This document shows, piece after piece, positions 21,540 through 31,202 of a DNA stretch of 64,000 bases. The DNA is taken from contig CAVPHD010000004.1 of NCBI GenBank assembly GCA_963704165.1, positions 448,001-512,000 of the forward strand, read 5' to 3'. The translations under genes and the position numbers were made by a program. Below the pieces are notes generated by a model. The model saw only the letters and a list, made by a program, of their open reading frames with translations. It was not told the origin of the DNA and made no database searches. The first letter of the stretch is position 1, and each line of letters begins with the position of its first letter. The DNA is from an uncultured delta proteobacterium (GTDB lineage: Bacteria; Myxococcota_A; UBA9160; SZUA-336).

Positions 21540-22154
21540 TCAGCCGGACCCGGCGCTCGCTTCGAGCGCCTCTCGGACGAGCTCGAGCCGGTCGTTTCCG
21601 AAGTACATGTCCGAGCCGTTCACGAACATGGTGGGCGAGCCGAACCCGCCGCGGGCGATCAGCTCGTCGGTGTTCTCGCGAAGCCTCGCCTTGTACTCCT
21701 GCGACGCGATCCGAGCGAAGAACTCGCCGGCGGGTAGACCCGCGCGAGTCGCGATCGGCTCCAAGACCGCGTCCTGCGAGATGTCCTGCAGGTCGCCCCA
21801 GTACGCCTCGAAGACTCCGCGAACGTATCCGGGCAGGACTCCGCGCTCGAGCGCGAAGAACGCGCCGCGCATCGCCTTCACGCTGTTCACCGGAAACACC
21901 GGAGGCTGGCCGATGCGCAGCCCGTACGAGCGCGCCCAGTCCCGCAGATCCTTGGCGTAGTAGCGCGCCTTCGCCGGAACGGGATTCGAGCGCTGCTCGT
22001 AGACGCTCGAGTTCACCGAGTTGAACACCCCGCCCACCAGGATCGGGCGCCACACGAGCTCCGCGCGGGATTCACGACAGATGTCCTCGATTCGGTGGAA
22101 CGCGAGGTAGGTCCAAGGACTGCTGCAATCGAAGAAGAACTCGAGTCTGGCCAT
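21540..22154 (-). CDS. 2-hydroxychromene-2-carboxylate isomerase / kappa-class GST (DsbA fold)
   Basis: LEFFFDCSSPWTYLA, WRPILVGGVF, FPVNSVKAMRGA and RGGFGSPTMFVNGSDMYFGNDRL. Confidence 0.9.
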   Translation of the reverse strand: MARLEFFFDCSSPWTYLAFHRIEDICRESRAELVWRPILVGGVFNSVNSSVYEQRSNPVPAKARYYAKDLRDWARSYGLRIGQPPVFPVNSVKAMRGAFFALERGVLPGYVRGVFEAYWGDLQDISQDAVLEPIATRAGLPAGEFFARIASQEYKARLRENTDELIARGGFGSPTMFVNGSDMYFGNDRLELVREALEASAGSG

Positions 22155-22259
22155 CGTCGCCTCCAGGCCGATTCTACGAGGACGCCGACGCGCGCGCGCG
22201 GATGAAATCCGGTAAAGTGCCGCCCCGTAACGGACCTTTGACCCGGACGAGGAGGACGC

Positions 22260-23972
22260 GTGGAGGTCAGTCGTCACGACATCGTTCTGGTCGGCGGTGG
22301 AGGTGCGGGGCTACGCGCCGCGATCGCGGCCGTCGAGGCGGACCCGAAGCTCACGGTGGCGTGCGTTTCGAAGCTGTATCCGATGCGAAGCCACACGGTT
22401 TCCGCCGAGGGCGGTGCCGCGGCCGTCGCACGCGAGGACGACAACCTCGACCTGCACGCCTACGACACGCTGAAGGGCAGTGATTTCCTCGCGGACCAGG
22501 ACTCCGTCGAGGTCTTCGTCGAGGCCGCCCCGAAGGAGCTCGTCCAGCTCGAGCACTGGGGCTGTCCGTGGAGCCGTGAGACGGATGGCCGCGTGGCGGT
22601 GCGCGCGTTCGGCGGGATGACGACGAAGCGCACCTGGTACGCGACCGACAAGACCGGCTTCCACATGCTGCACGCGCTCTTCCAGACGTCGCTCAAGCAC
22701 GACCGCATCGTCCGCTACGACGAGTACTTCGCGACCAAGATCCTCGTCGAGAATGGCCGCGCCGTCGGCGTCGCGGCCTTCGACATGCGCACCGGGAAGA
22801 TGCACGCGATGCTCGGACGCGCGGTGATCCTGTGCACGGGCGGCGCGGGTCGGATCTTCCCGTTCACGACCAACGCGGCGGTGAAGACCGGCGACGGCAT
22901 GGCGCTCGCGTACCGCGCCGGCGTCGGCCTGAAGGACATGGAGTTCGTGCAGTACCACCCGACGGGGCTGCCCGGCACGGGGATTCTGATCACCGAGGCT
23001 TCGCGGGGCGAAGGCGGTCATCTCAAGAACAACAAGGGCGAGCGCTTCCTGATCGACTACGACTACGGCGTCGGCGGGAAGGCGGAGCTCGGCCCGCGCG
23101 ACATGGTCTCGCGCGCCGAGATGCGCGAGTTCCAGGCCGGGCGAGGCTTCAAGGGGCCGTACGGCGACTACGTGCATCTGGAGCTGATGCACCTGGGCGA
23201 AGAGAAGATCGACAAGAAGATCCCGTTCGTGCGCGAGCTCGCGAAGAACTACGTCGGAATCGACCCGGTCTTCGAGCCGATTCCGGTGCGGCCCGTCGTC
23301 CACTACATGATGGGCGGCGTCGATACCGACGTGAACGGTGCGACGAATCTGCCGGGGCTGTACGCGGCGGGTGAAGTCGCCTGCGTCTCGATCAACGGCG
23401 CGAACCGGCTCGGCTCGAACTCGCTGACCGAGTGCCTCGTCTTCGGCGCACGCGCCGGTCGCGCTGCCGTGGAGTTCTCGAAGGGTTCGACGTCGGGTGA
23501 CGAGAAGAACGCGCTCGATCAGGCGCGCTCCGAAGAGGGCCGGCTCGAGCGACTGCGCGGCAAGCACGGAGGCGAGAAGATCGCGCAGATCCGACGCGAG
23601 CTGAATCTGGCGACCGAGTCGGGTTGCGGGGTCTTCCGCGAAGAGGAATCGATCCGCTCCGGGCTCGACACCGTCGTTCAGCTCAAGGGTCGCTACGTAG
23701 ACGTGGGTCTCACGGATCGAAGCCTGATCTTCAACACCGAGGTGGTGCAGGCGCTCGAGCTCGGGAACATGATCGACGTGGCCGAGACCGTCATCCTCTC
23801 CGCGCTGCACCGGCGCGAGTCGCGCGGTGCGCATACGCGCACCGATTTCCCGATCCGCAACGACGGGGAGTTCTGGAAGCACTCCCTGGTGACGTTCGCA
23901 GCCGATGGGCCGCGCCTGTCGTACAAGCCGGTGAAGAAGACGCGCTGGGAACTCGAGGAGCGGAAGTACTGA
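22260..23972 (+). CDS. frdA: Fumarate reductase / succinate dehydrogenase flavoprotein subunit
   Basis: [10 protein letters not shown], covalent-FAD motif [41 protein letters not shown] and ESRGAH. Confidence 0.92.
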   Translation: MEVSRHDIVLVGGGGAGLRAAIAAVEADPKLTVACVSKLYPMRSHTVSAEGGAAAVAREDDNLDLHAYDTLKGSDFLADQDSVEVFVEAAPKELVQLEHWGCPWSRETDGRVAVRAFGGMTTKRTWYATDKTGFHMLHALFQTSLKHDRIVRYDEYFATKILVENGRAVGVAAFDMRTGKMHAMLGRAVILCTGGAGRIFPFTTNAAVKTGDGMALAYRAGVGLKDMEFVQYHPTGLPGTGILITEASRGEGGHLKNNKGERFLIDYDYGVGGKAELGPRDMVSRAEMREFQAGRGFKGPYGDYVHLELMHLGEEKIDKKIPFVRELAKNYVGIDPVFEPIPVRPVVHYMMGGVDTDVNGATNLPGLYAAGEVACVSINGANRLGSNSLTECLVFGARAGRAAVEFSKGSTSGDEKNALDQARSEEGRLERLRGKHGGEKIAQIRRELNLATESGCGVFREEESIRSGLDTVVQLKGRYVDVGLTDRSLIFNTEVVQALELGNMIDVAETVILSALHRRESRGAHTRTDFPIRNDGEFWKHSLVTFAADGPRLSYKPVKKTRWELEERKY

Positions 23973-23973
23973 G

Positions 23974-24718
23974 ATGGCCGAGATGAAGGTGGTGAAGTTC
24001 GAAGTCCTGCGTTTTCTTCCGGAGTCGGATCAGGAACCGCGCTTCGACACCTACGAGGTGCCGTGCATGGAGGACTGGGTCGTCCTCGATGCGCTGAACG
24101 CGATCAAGGACGACATCGACCCGACCCTGTCGCACCGCTGGTCGTGTCGCATGGGTGTGTGCGGAAGCTGCGGCATGCTCGTCAACGGCCGTCCGATTCT
24201 GACCTGTGCGGCCTTCGTGCGGAACTACGAGGGCACGATCCGCGTCGAGCCGCTCTCGAACTTCCCGGTCGTCCGCGACCTCGTCGTCGATCTCGAGTCG
24301 TTCATCTCGAAGATCAAGAGCGTGAAGCCCTGGATCATCCGCAAGATCGAGAAGGACGTCGCCGAGGGCGAGTACCGGCAGTCACCCGAGCAGCTCGCCG
24401 AGTTCAAGCAGTACTCCATGTGCATCAACTGCGCGCTCTGCTACGCGGCGTGCCCCGTGCTCGCCTCGGAGCCGGCTTTCGTCGGCCCGGCCGCGATCGC
24501 GCTCGGCCACCGTTACAACCTCGATTCACGCGACGAGGGCGATGCCGAGCGCTTCGACGACGCTCGCCGATGCCGATGGGGTCTGGGCCTGCTCCTACGC
24601 GAACGAGTGTAGCCAGGTCTGCCCCAAACACGTCGATCCGGCGATGGCGATCCAGCAGGCGAAGCTGACCTCCGCGCTGCAGTGGTTGCACGTCCTGCCC
24701 AAGAAGAGCTTCACATGA
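23974..24718 (+). CDS. frdB: Fumarate reductase iron-sulfur subunit; apparent +1 frameshift near 24557
   Basis: [23 protein letters not shown] and, in the shifted frame, [19 protein letters not shown]. Confidence 0.9.
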
Positions 24719-25143
24719 GCCGAGCCCACGCGAAAGCGCCGATCACGAAGACCGCTCCCGCGCGCAAACCGTCGGGTTTTCCGCTCGGATGGCGCCGCTA
24801 CCGCAGCTACACGCTCTTCGCGTTCACCTGCATTCCGATGGCGATCTCGGCCGCCTTGCTCCTGCAGGGCGTCGCGGCCCTCGGTCAGGGTGAGCAGGCG
24901 TGGACGTCCTGGCTCGCGTCGCTCGCGAGTCCCGGCTTGCGCGCCTTGAACGTCTTCTGCCTCGCGTTCACGCTCTACTTCGCTTTCCGCTTCGGTTGGG
25001 TCGGGCGCAAGATCGCGGCGGGCCGGATCGGCCCGATTCCGAAGCCGCCCCTTCCATTGCCCATTCTCGGAGTCGCACCGCTCGGCGGCTTCGTCGCGCT
25101 CTGGCTCGTCGTGATCCTGATCCTCGGGGGGGCGATCGGATGA
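24715..25143 (+). CDS. frdC: Fumarate reductase membrane anchor subunit C
   Basis: Three TM segments with FrdC-like [12 protein letters not shown]; lies between frdB and frdD with ATGA overlaps. Confidence 0.7.
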   Translation: MSRAHAKAPITKTAPARKPSGFPLGWRRYRSYTLFAFTCIPMAISAALLLQGVAALGQGEQAWTSWLASLASPGLRALNVFCLAFTLYFAFRFGWVGRKIAAGRIGPIPKPPLPLPILGVAPLGGFVALWLVVILILGGAIG

Positions 25144-25493
25144 ATCTGATTCGCAGGCTCGAGCCGGTTTGGTGGTTGTTGTTCGGCGCGGGGGGTTTCA
25201 TCGCCGGGTTCTTCCTGCCCGGGTTGATCATCGGCGTCCTGCTTCTCGGGCCGAGCGACCTGATGAGCGGTGGGCTCGGCTACGAGCGAGCGCTCGCGCT
25301 GGCCTCGAGCCCCGTTGGCAAGATCTTCCTGTGCGCCGTGCTCACGCTGACCTTCTGGCACTGCGCGCACCACCTGCGTCACTTCGCGCTCGACCTGTTC
25401 GGGCACGCCGTCGCGCCGATCGCGGCGTTCGGCTCCTACGCCCTCGCGCTGATCGCGACGCTCGCGACCCTAGGAACCGTTCTCGCGCTCTAG
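25140..25493 (+). CDS. frdD: Fumarate reductase membrane anchor subunit D
   Basis: EPVWWLLFGAGG N-terminal motif and FWHCAHHLRH, both characteristic of FrdD. Confidence 0.85.
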   Translation: MNLIRRLEPVWWLLFGAGGFIAGFFLPGLIIGVLLLGPSDLMSGGLGYERALALASSPVGKIFLCAVLTLTFWHCAHHLRHFALDLFGHAVAPIAAFGSYALALIATLATLGTVLAL

Positions 25494-26648
25494 CTCCGCG
25501 AGAATCGAGGCGCGATTCGCGTCGAGCTCGGGAGCGGGCGGCCGTGTCGTCGGATCGGGGCGACCGTCGAGCTTGATCGGGTTCCCCGGCATCTCGAGGA
25601 CGCCCGCGATCGGATCGTCGACCGACACGATCATGTTTCGGGCGCGAATCTGTGGGTCGGCCAGCACGCCCGCGATGTCGTGGATCGGTCCGCAGGGCAC
25701 GCCGACGGCGGCCAGTCGTTCGAGCCACTCTGAAGCATCGCGCGTTGCGAGCCGCTTCTCGATCTCGGGGGTGAGTGCGTCGGCGTGCTGCGCGCGCTCC
25801 TGAACGCCGACGAAGCGGGGATCGTCGAGCAGTTCGCGGGCATCGAGGACTTCGCAGAGCCGGCGGTACATCTCGTCGTGTCCGGCCGCGATCACCAGAT
25901 GCCGATCGCGCGCGCGAAACGCCGCGAAGGGAGCGATCGACGGATGCCGCGCTCCGAGCGGGCCCGGCACCGAACCCGTCGCTGCATAGCGCGCGATCGC
26001 GTTCTCCAGGATCGCGACCTGGGAATCGAGCATGGCGACGTCGACGTGCCGGCCGAGCCCCGTGCGCTCGCGTTCCTGCAGCGCGGCGAGCACGCCGATC
26101 GTGCCGAAGAGGCCCGCCGTGATGTCGCCGATCGAGGTGCCGACGCGCGTCGGCGGGCCGCCGGGCCAACCCGTCAGGCTCATCACCCCGCCCATCGCCT
26201 GCACGACCATGTCGAACGCGGGCCGGGCCGCGTAGGGACCGGTCTGGCCGAAGCCCGAGATCGACGCGAGCACGAGCCGCGGCCAGCGTCGATGCAGCGC
26301 ATCCCATCCGAATCCGTGCTTGGCGAGCACGCCCGGGCGGTAGTTCTCGACCAGAACGTCCGCGCGCGCGAGCAGTGCCTCGAAGATCACGCGATCGTCG
26401 GCGGCGCCGAGATCGAGCGCGATGCTCTCCTTGCCGCGATTGAGCGACATGAAGTACGCGGACTTTCCGGCGACGAACGGTCCGACCTCGCGCGCATCGT
26501 CGCCGCGGCCCGGTCGCTCCACCTTGATCACGCGTGCGCCGAGCTCGGCGAGCACGAGCGTGCAATAGGGACCGGCGAGCACGCGCGTCAGATCGATGAC
26601 GAGGAGTCCGTCGAGCGGACCAGGCGGGATCTGCGCGGGGTCGGACAT
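25470..26648 (-). CDS. CaiB/BaiF family (class III) CoA-transferase
   Basis: IDLTRVLAGPYCT, LNRGKESIALDL, DVLVENYRPG, SISGFGQTGP, catalytic Asp in SIGDITAG, and GNPIKL. Confidence 0.93.
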   Translation of the reverse strand: MSDPAQIPPGPLDGLLVIDLTRVLAGPYCTLVLAELGARVIKVERPGRGDDAREVGPFVAGKSAYFMSLNRGKESIALDLGAADDRVIFEALLARADVLVENYRPGVLAKHGFGWDALHRRWPRLVLASISGFGQTGPYAARPAFDMVVQAMGGVMSLTGWPGGPPTRVGTSIGDITAGLFGTIGVLAALQERERTGLGRHVDVAMLDSQVAILENAIARYAATGSVPGPLGARHPSIAPFAAFRARDRHLVIAAGHDEMYRRLCEVLDARELLDDPRFVGVQERAQHADALTPEIEKRLATRDASEWLERLAAVGVPCGPIHDIAGVLADPQIRARNMIVSVDDPIAGVLEMPGNPIKLDGRPDPTTRPPAPELDANRASILAELERENGS

Positions 26649-26681
26649 CCGGGACGCATGCTAGCATCCGCCCATGTCCGA
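26641..26681. promoter_or_regulatory. Candidate bidirectional leaderless promoter (palindromic -10)
   Basis: The perfect palindrome ATGCTAGCAT (26658-26667) gives TAGCAT on both strands, 6 and 9 nt before the two divergent ATGs. The 25-bp spacer has no SD. Confidence 0.5.
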
Positions 26682-28935
26682 GCCGGTGCCGCGCGCAACG
26701 CGACCCGCCGCCGCGGGTCCGGGCGCGGTGCTCTCGACGTTGCGAAGCGTCGGCCGGATGGGTCTTCCGCGCGGGCTCGACGTGCTCGCACATCTGAACC
26801 AGATCGACGGCTTCGACTGTCCCGGCTGCGCGTGGCCCGAGGCGAAGGATCGGCTTCGATTCGAGTTCTGCGAGAACGGCGCGAAGGCCGTCGCGCACGA
26901 AGCGACGCGGAAGCGCGTCACGCGAGAGCTCTTCGCCCGGAACTCGATTGCGGAGCTCGCGGCCCACGACGACCGCTGGCTCGAGGCTCAGGGGCGGCTG
27001 ACGGAGCCGATGTGGTTGCGGCCCGGCGCTCGGCACTACGAGCCCATCGGCTGGGAAGCGGCGTTCGCGTGCATCGCCGATCGGCTTCGTGCGCTCGCTT
27101 CTCCCGACGAGGCGATCTTCTACACGTCGGGCCGGACCAGCAACGAGGCGGCATTCCTGTGGCAGCTCTTCGCGCGCACCTTCGGCACGAACAACCTCCC
27201 CGACTGCTCGAACATGTGTCACGAATCGAGCGGGACGGGACTCGTCGAGACGATCGGCGAAGGGAAGGGCACGGTCGGGCTCGATGACTTCGAGCGCTGC
27301 GATCTGATCCTCGTACTCGGCCAGAACCCAGGCTCGAATCACCCGCGCATGCTGACCGTGCTCCAGGCGGCGAAGCGGCGCGGCTGCGCGATCGCGAGCG
27401 TGAATCCGCTGCGCGAGCGTGGACTGGTGGCGTTCGCGAACCCGCAGGAGGCGCTCGGGCTGCTCGGCATCGGCACGCCGCTCGCGGACCTGTTCGTGCA
27501 ACTTCGCGTCGGCGGCGACGTCGCGCTCCTTCAGGGAGTCGCGAAGTGCCTGCTCGAGCTCGAAGCCGCGAGTCCGGGCCGCGTTCTCGACCACGAGTTC
27601 ATCGCCGAGCACACGTCTGGATTCGCGGACTGGCGCGCGTCGATCGAGCGCCGCTCGTTCGACGAGCTCGAGCGAGCGAGCGGCGTCGCGAGTGCGGGCA
27701 TGCGCGAGTTGGCGCGGCTCTACGCGCGTTCCGAACGGGTCATCGCCTGCTGGGCCATGGGGCTCACGCAGCACGTGCACGGGGTCGAGAACGTGCGGGA
27801 AGTCGTGAACCTGCTGCTGCTTCGCGGGAACATCGGTCGTCCCGGCGCCGGACCGTGTCCGGTGCGCGGGCACAGCAACGTGCAGGGCGATCGCACGATG
27901 GGCATCTGGGAACGCCCGACGCCCGAGTTCCTCGACCGGCTCGGAGCCGAGTTCGGCATCTCTCCGCCGCGAGCGCACGGACACGATACGGTGTCGGCAA
28001 TCCATGCACTCGACGACGGTCGGGCGAAGCTGTTCATCGCGCTCGGTGGCAACTTCGTTCGCGCGGCGCCGGATTCGGAACGGGCCGAGCGGGCCTTGCG
28101 GCGCGCGGCCCTGACCGCGCAGATCTCGACGACGCTGAATCGCTCGCACCTCGTGCACGGTCGCGAGGCGTTCATCTTGCCCACGCTCGGCCGCACGGAG
28201 CGCGACCTCCGGGACGGCGTTGCGCAGTTCGTGACCGTCGAGGACTCGATGCGGTGCGTCCATCGGTCGCAGGGTCGCCTCGAACCCGCGTCGCCCGAGC
28301 TGCGCAGCGAGCCCGCGATCGTATGCGGCCTCGCGCGGGCGGCGCTCGGTCCGACGCATCCGATTCCGTGGGAGTCCTTCGTCGGTGACTACGATCGGGT
28401 GCGTGAGCGCATCGCGCGCGTCGTACCCGGCTTCGAGGACATGAATCGGCGCGTGCGCGCCGAGGGCGGGTTCGTGCTCCCGAGCGAGGCCGGCGCGCGC
28501 CGGTTCGCGACCGTCACCGGGCGCGCGGGTTTCAGCGTGCAGAAGATCCCCGAGCACGAGCTCGAACCCGGACGGCTCTGGCTGATGACGATCCGCAGTC
28601 ACGACCAGTACAACACCACCGTCTACAGCGACGACGATCGCTACCGGGGAATCGCGGGCGACCGCCGAGTGGTCTTCCTGAATCGCGACGACATGATCGA
28701 GCTGGGGCTCGTCGCCGGGGAGCAGGTCGAGATCACGAGCCACTGGCGCGGAGAGACGCGCTCGCTCGGCGGTTTCGGTGTCCGCCCGTTCGACCTGCCC
28801 CGAGGCTGTGCGGCTTCGTACTTCCCCGAGGCGAATCCGCTGGTTCCCGTCGATGCGCACGCGGAGGGCAGTCGCACGCCTGCCTACAAGTCCCTGCCGA
28901 TCTCGCTCCGGCCCGAGCGCCGGACGACCGGCTGA
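26674..28935 (+). CDS. FdhF/YdeP family molybdopterin oxidoreductase
   Basis: GFDCPGCAWPE, EFCENGAKA, FYTSGRTSNEAA, NNLPDCSNMCHES, RGHSNVQGDRTMG, TIRSHDQYNTT and YFPEANPL. Confidence 0.93.
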   Translation: MSEPVPRATRPAAAGPGAVLSTLRSVGRMGLPRGLDVLAHLNQIDGFDCPGCAWPEAKDRLRFEFCENGAKAVAHEATRKRVTRELFARNSIAELAAHDDRWLEAQGRLTEPMWLRPGARHYEPIGWEAAFACIADRLRALASPDEAIFYTSGRTSNEAAFLWQLFARTFGTNNLPDCSNMCHESSGTGLVETIGEGKGTVGLDDFERCDLILVLGQNPGSNHPRMLTVLQAAKRRGCAIASVNPLRERGLVAFANPQEALGLLGIGTPLADLFVQLRVGGDVALLQGVAKCLLELEAASPGRVLDHEFIAEHTSGFADWRASIERRSFDELERASGVASAGMRELARLYARSERVIACWAMGLTQHVHGVENVREVVNLLLLRGNIGRPGAGPCPVRGHSNVQGDRTMGIWERPTPEFLDRLGAEFGISPPRAHGHDTVSAIHALDDGRAKLFIALGGNFVRAAPDSERAERALRRAALTAQISTTLNRSHLVHGREAFILPTLGRTERDLRDGVAQFVTVEDSMRCVHRSQGRLEPASPELRSEPAIVCGLARAALGPTHPIPWESFVGDYDRVRERIARVVPGFEDMNRRVRAEGGFVLPSEAGARRFATVTGRAGFSVQKIPEHELEPGRLWLMTIRSHDQYNTTVYSDDDRYRGIAGDRRVVFLNRDDMIELGLVAGEQVEITSHWRGETRSLGGFGVRPFDLPRGCAASYFPEANPLVPVDAHAEGSRTPAYKSLPISLRPERRTTG

Positions 28936-28973
28936 GCGGGCCGGGTGCTCTGGCATCCGCCTCCGGTATCCTG

Positions 28974-28992
28974 GATAATGAGACTCGTTCTC
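28974..28992 (+). promoter_or_regulatory. Fur box
   Basis: GATAATGAGACTCGTTCTC matches the consensus GATAATGATAATCATTATC at 15 of 19 positions, in an AT-rich patch directly upstream of feoA. Confidence 0.75.
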
Positions 28993-29007
28993 AAAAAGAG
29001 GGTCTCG

Positions 29008-29295
29008 ATGCAGGGTGCAGAGAGGGGCGCGGGCCCGAACCGAGAAGCGTCCATCCCGCTCTTGGCCCTCGCGGTCGGGATCACCGCGCGGATCGCGGAA
29101 CCGGATCGATCCGGTGCGATTCCAACTCGGCTCGAGGACCTCGGGTTCGTACCCGGCACGCTCCTGCGCGTGGTCCGGCGCGCCCCGTTCGGGGATCCGA
29201 TCGAGGTGGAGATCCGCGGCTATCGGCTCTGCCTTCGGGCCGAGCAGGTGACCGGCCTCCGCGTCGTTCCGAATCGCGCGGACTCCAGCGAATGA
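29008..29295 (+). CDS. feoA: Ferrous iron transport protein A
   Basis: RLEDLGFVPGT...RRAPFGDPIEVEIRGYRLCLR. ATG at 29008 after GAGGG. Confidence 0.9.
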   Translation: MQGAERGAGPNREASIPLLALAVGITARIAEPDRSGAIPTRLEDLGFVPGTLLRVVRRAPFGDPIEVEIRGYRLCLRAEQVTGLRVVPNRADSSE

Positions 29296-31202
29296 GCGCA
29301 GCCGTCGAGTCGTCCGCCGCGCCGGTGCGCGTGGCGCTGGTCGGTGGGCCGAACGCGGGCAAGACCACGCTCTTCAACGCGCTCACCGGCTCGAGCGCGA
29401 AGGTCGGCAACTACCCGGGCGTGACCGTCGAGCGGCGCGAGGGTGTGCTGCGGGGCGCGTCGTCCGAGGTCCACGTGCTCGATCTGCCCGGCACCTACAG
29501 CCTGATCGGCGAGACACCGGACGAGCAGATCGTCGAGAAGGTGCTCGCCGGTCGGCTCGCGGGTGAGCCCGAACTCGACGGGATCGTCTGCGTCGTCGAT
29601 GCGACCACGCTCCGCCGCGGGCTGGGTGTGCTGCGCGAGGTTCTGAAACGTGGCCTTCCGACGCTGCTCGTCCTGACGATGATCGACGAGGTACGCGCGC
29701 GCGGCGGCAAGCTCGAGCCAAGCCGCCTGTCTCGGATTCTCGGCATTCCGGTGCTCGGGGTCGTCGGTCACCGCGGCGTCGGCATGGACCCGCTGCACCG
29801 ACTCCTTCCCGCCCCGTCTCTCTGGTCGCGCGCCGTGGCGCTGCCACCCGTCGAAACGGCGGTGCAGCGCTTCGCGTGGGTGGACGAGGTCTGTCGCGCA
29901 GTGGGAGCGAACGACCTCGAGCCCGACACGCGAACGGATCGGATCGACCGGGTGCTGCTTCACCCGGTGGTTGGCCTGGTGGTCTTCGCGGCCGTCATGG
30001 TCCTGCTCTTCCAGGGCATCTTCGCCTGGGCGGTGCCCGCGATGGATGCGATCGATGCGGCTTTCGGCGCGCTCGCACGCGCTTCGCGCGAAGCGCTGCC
30101 GGCCGGCTGGCTGACGGATCTCTGGGCCGACGGCGTGCTCGCAGGCGTGGGCTCGGTGCTGGTCTTCCTGCCGCAGATCGTGATCCTGTTCACGTTCATC
30201 CATCTGCTGCAGGACGTCGGCTACATGGCTCGCGCGGCCTTCGTCGTCGATCGCGTGATGGGCTGGGTCGGCCTGCAGGGGCGAAGCTTCGTTCCGCTTC
30301 TCTCGTGCTACGCCTGCGCCGTGCCGGGGATCATGGCCGCGCGCACGATCGCGTCGCCGCGCGAACGGCTCGCGACGATCCTGGTCGCGCCGTTCATGAC
30401 CTGCTCGGCGCGGTTGCCGGTGTACACGCTGCTGATCGCTGCCTTCGTGCCGAGCTCGACGCTGTTCGGGGTACTCGGGATCCAGGGGCTGGTGATGTTC
30501 GGCCTCTACCTGCTCGGCGTCGTGACCGCGCTCGCCTCCGCGGCACTCTTGAACTCGACGTTGCTGAAGGGCACGCCGTCCGTCTTCTACATGGAGCTTC
30601 CACCGTACCGCTGGCCCACCCCCGGCCTGCTCGCGAGGCAGGTCGAACGCAGCGCGCGCGCGTTCCTGCGCCGCGCCGGCACGATCATCCTCGCCGCGTC
30701 GATCGTGCTCTGGGGGCTGCTCTCGTTTCCCCACGCCGATCCCGACCCGCAGCGCACGCCCGCCGAAGACGCGCGCGCCGGTCTCGAAGCGAGCGCCGCG
30801 GCGCGCATCGGCCACGCGATCGAGCCTCTGATCGAACCGCTCGGCTTCGACTGGAAGATCGGCGTCGGCCTCGTGGCGAGCCTCGCCGCGCGCGAGGTGA
30901 TCGTCTCGACGCTGGCGCAGATCCACGCCGTGGCGGACACGGAGGACTCCTCGAGCCTGCGCGACGCGCTTCGCGCCGACCGCGACCCCGAGACCGGTGA
31001 GCCCGTCTTCGATCTGCCCGTCGCGCTCGCGCTGCTGGTCTTCTTCGTCTTCGCGCTGCAATGCACCTCGACGATCGTGGTCATGGCGCGCGAGACCGGG
31101 GGCTTTCGCTGGCCGGCGCTCGCGTTCGGCTACATGCTGGGTCTGGCCTGGCTCGGAGCGTTCGTGACGTACCGTGTTTCGTCGGCCATCCTCGGCGCGT
31201 GA
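29292..31202 (+). CDS. feoG: Ferrous iron transport protein B
   Basis: Gene is feoB. GTPase motifs GGPNAGKTT, GNYPGVTVE and DLPGTYSL; gate motifs GYMARAAF, PFMTCSARLPVY and ALQCTST. Confidence 0.95.
   Translation: MSAAVESSAAPVRVALVGGPNAGKTTLFNALTGSSAKVGNYPGVTVERREGVLRGASSEVHVLDLPGTYSLIGETPDEQIVEKVLAGRLAGEPELDGIVCVVDATTLRRGLGVLREVLKRGLPTLLVLTMIDEVRARGGKLEPSRLSRILGIPVLGVVGHRGVGMDPLHRLLPAPSLWSRAVALPPVETAVQRFAWVDEVCRAVGANDLEPDTRTDRIDRVLLHPVVGLVVFAAVMVLLFQGIFAWAVPAMDAIDAAFGALARASREALPAGWLTDLWADGVLAGVGSVLVFLPQIVILFTFIHLLQDVGYMARAAFVVDRVMGWVGLQGRSFVPLLSCYACAVPGIMAARTIASPRERLATILVAPFMTCSARLPVYTLLIAAFVPSSTLFGVLGIQGLVMFGLYLLGVVTALASAALLNSTLLKGTPSVFYMELPPYRWPTPGLLARQVERSARAFLRRAGTIILAASIVLWGLLSFPHADPDPQRTPAEDARAGLEASAAARIGHAIEPLIEPLGFDWKIGVGLVASLAAREVIVSTLAQIHAVADTEDSSSLRDALRADRDPETGEPVFDLPVALALLVFFVFALQCTSTIVVMARETGGFRWPALAFGYMLGLAWLGAFVTYRVSSAILGA

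Noticed and set aside
26674..28935. Selenocysteine formate dehydrogenase
   Set aside because: There is no in-frame TGA, and the motifs (PDCSNMCHES) match the YdeP-like subfamily.
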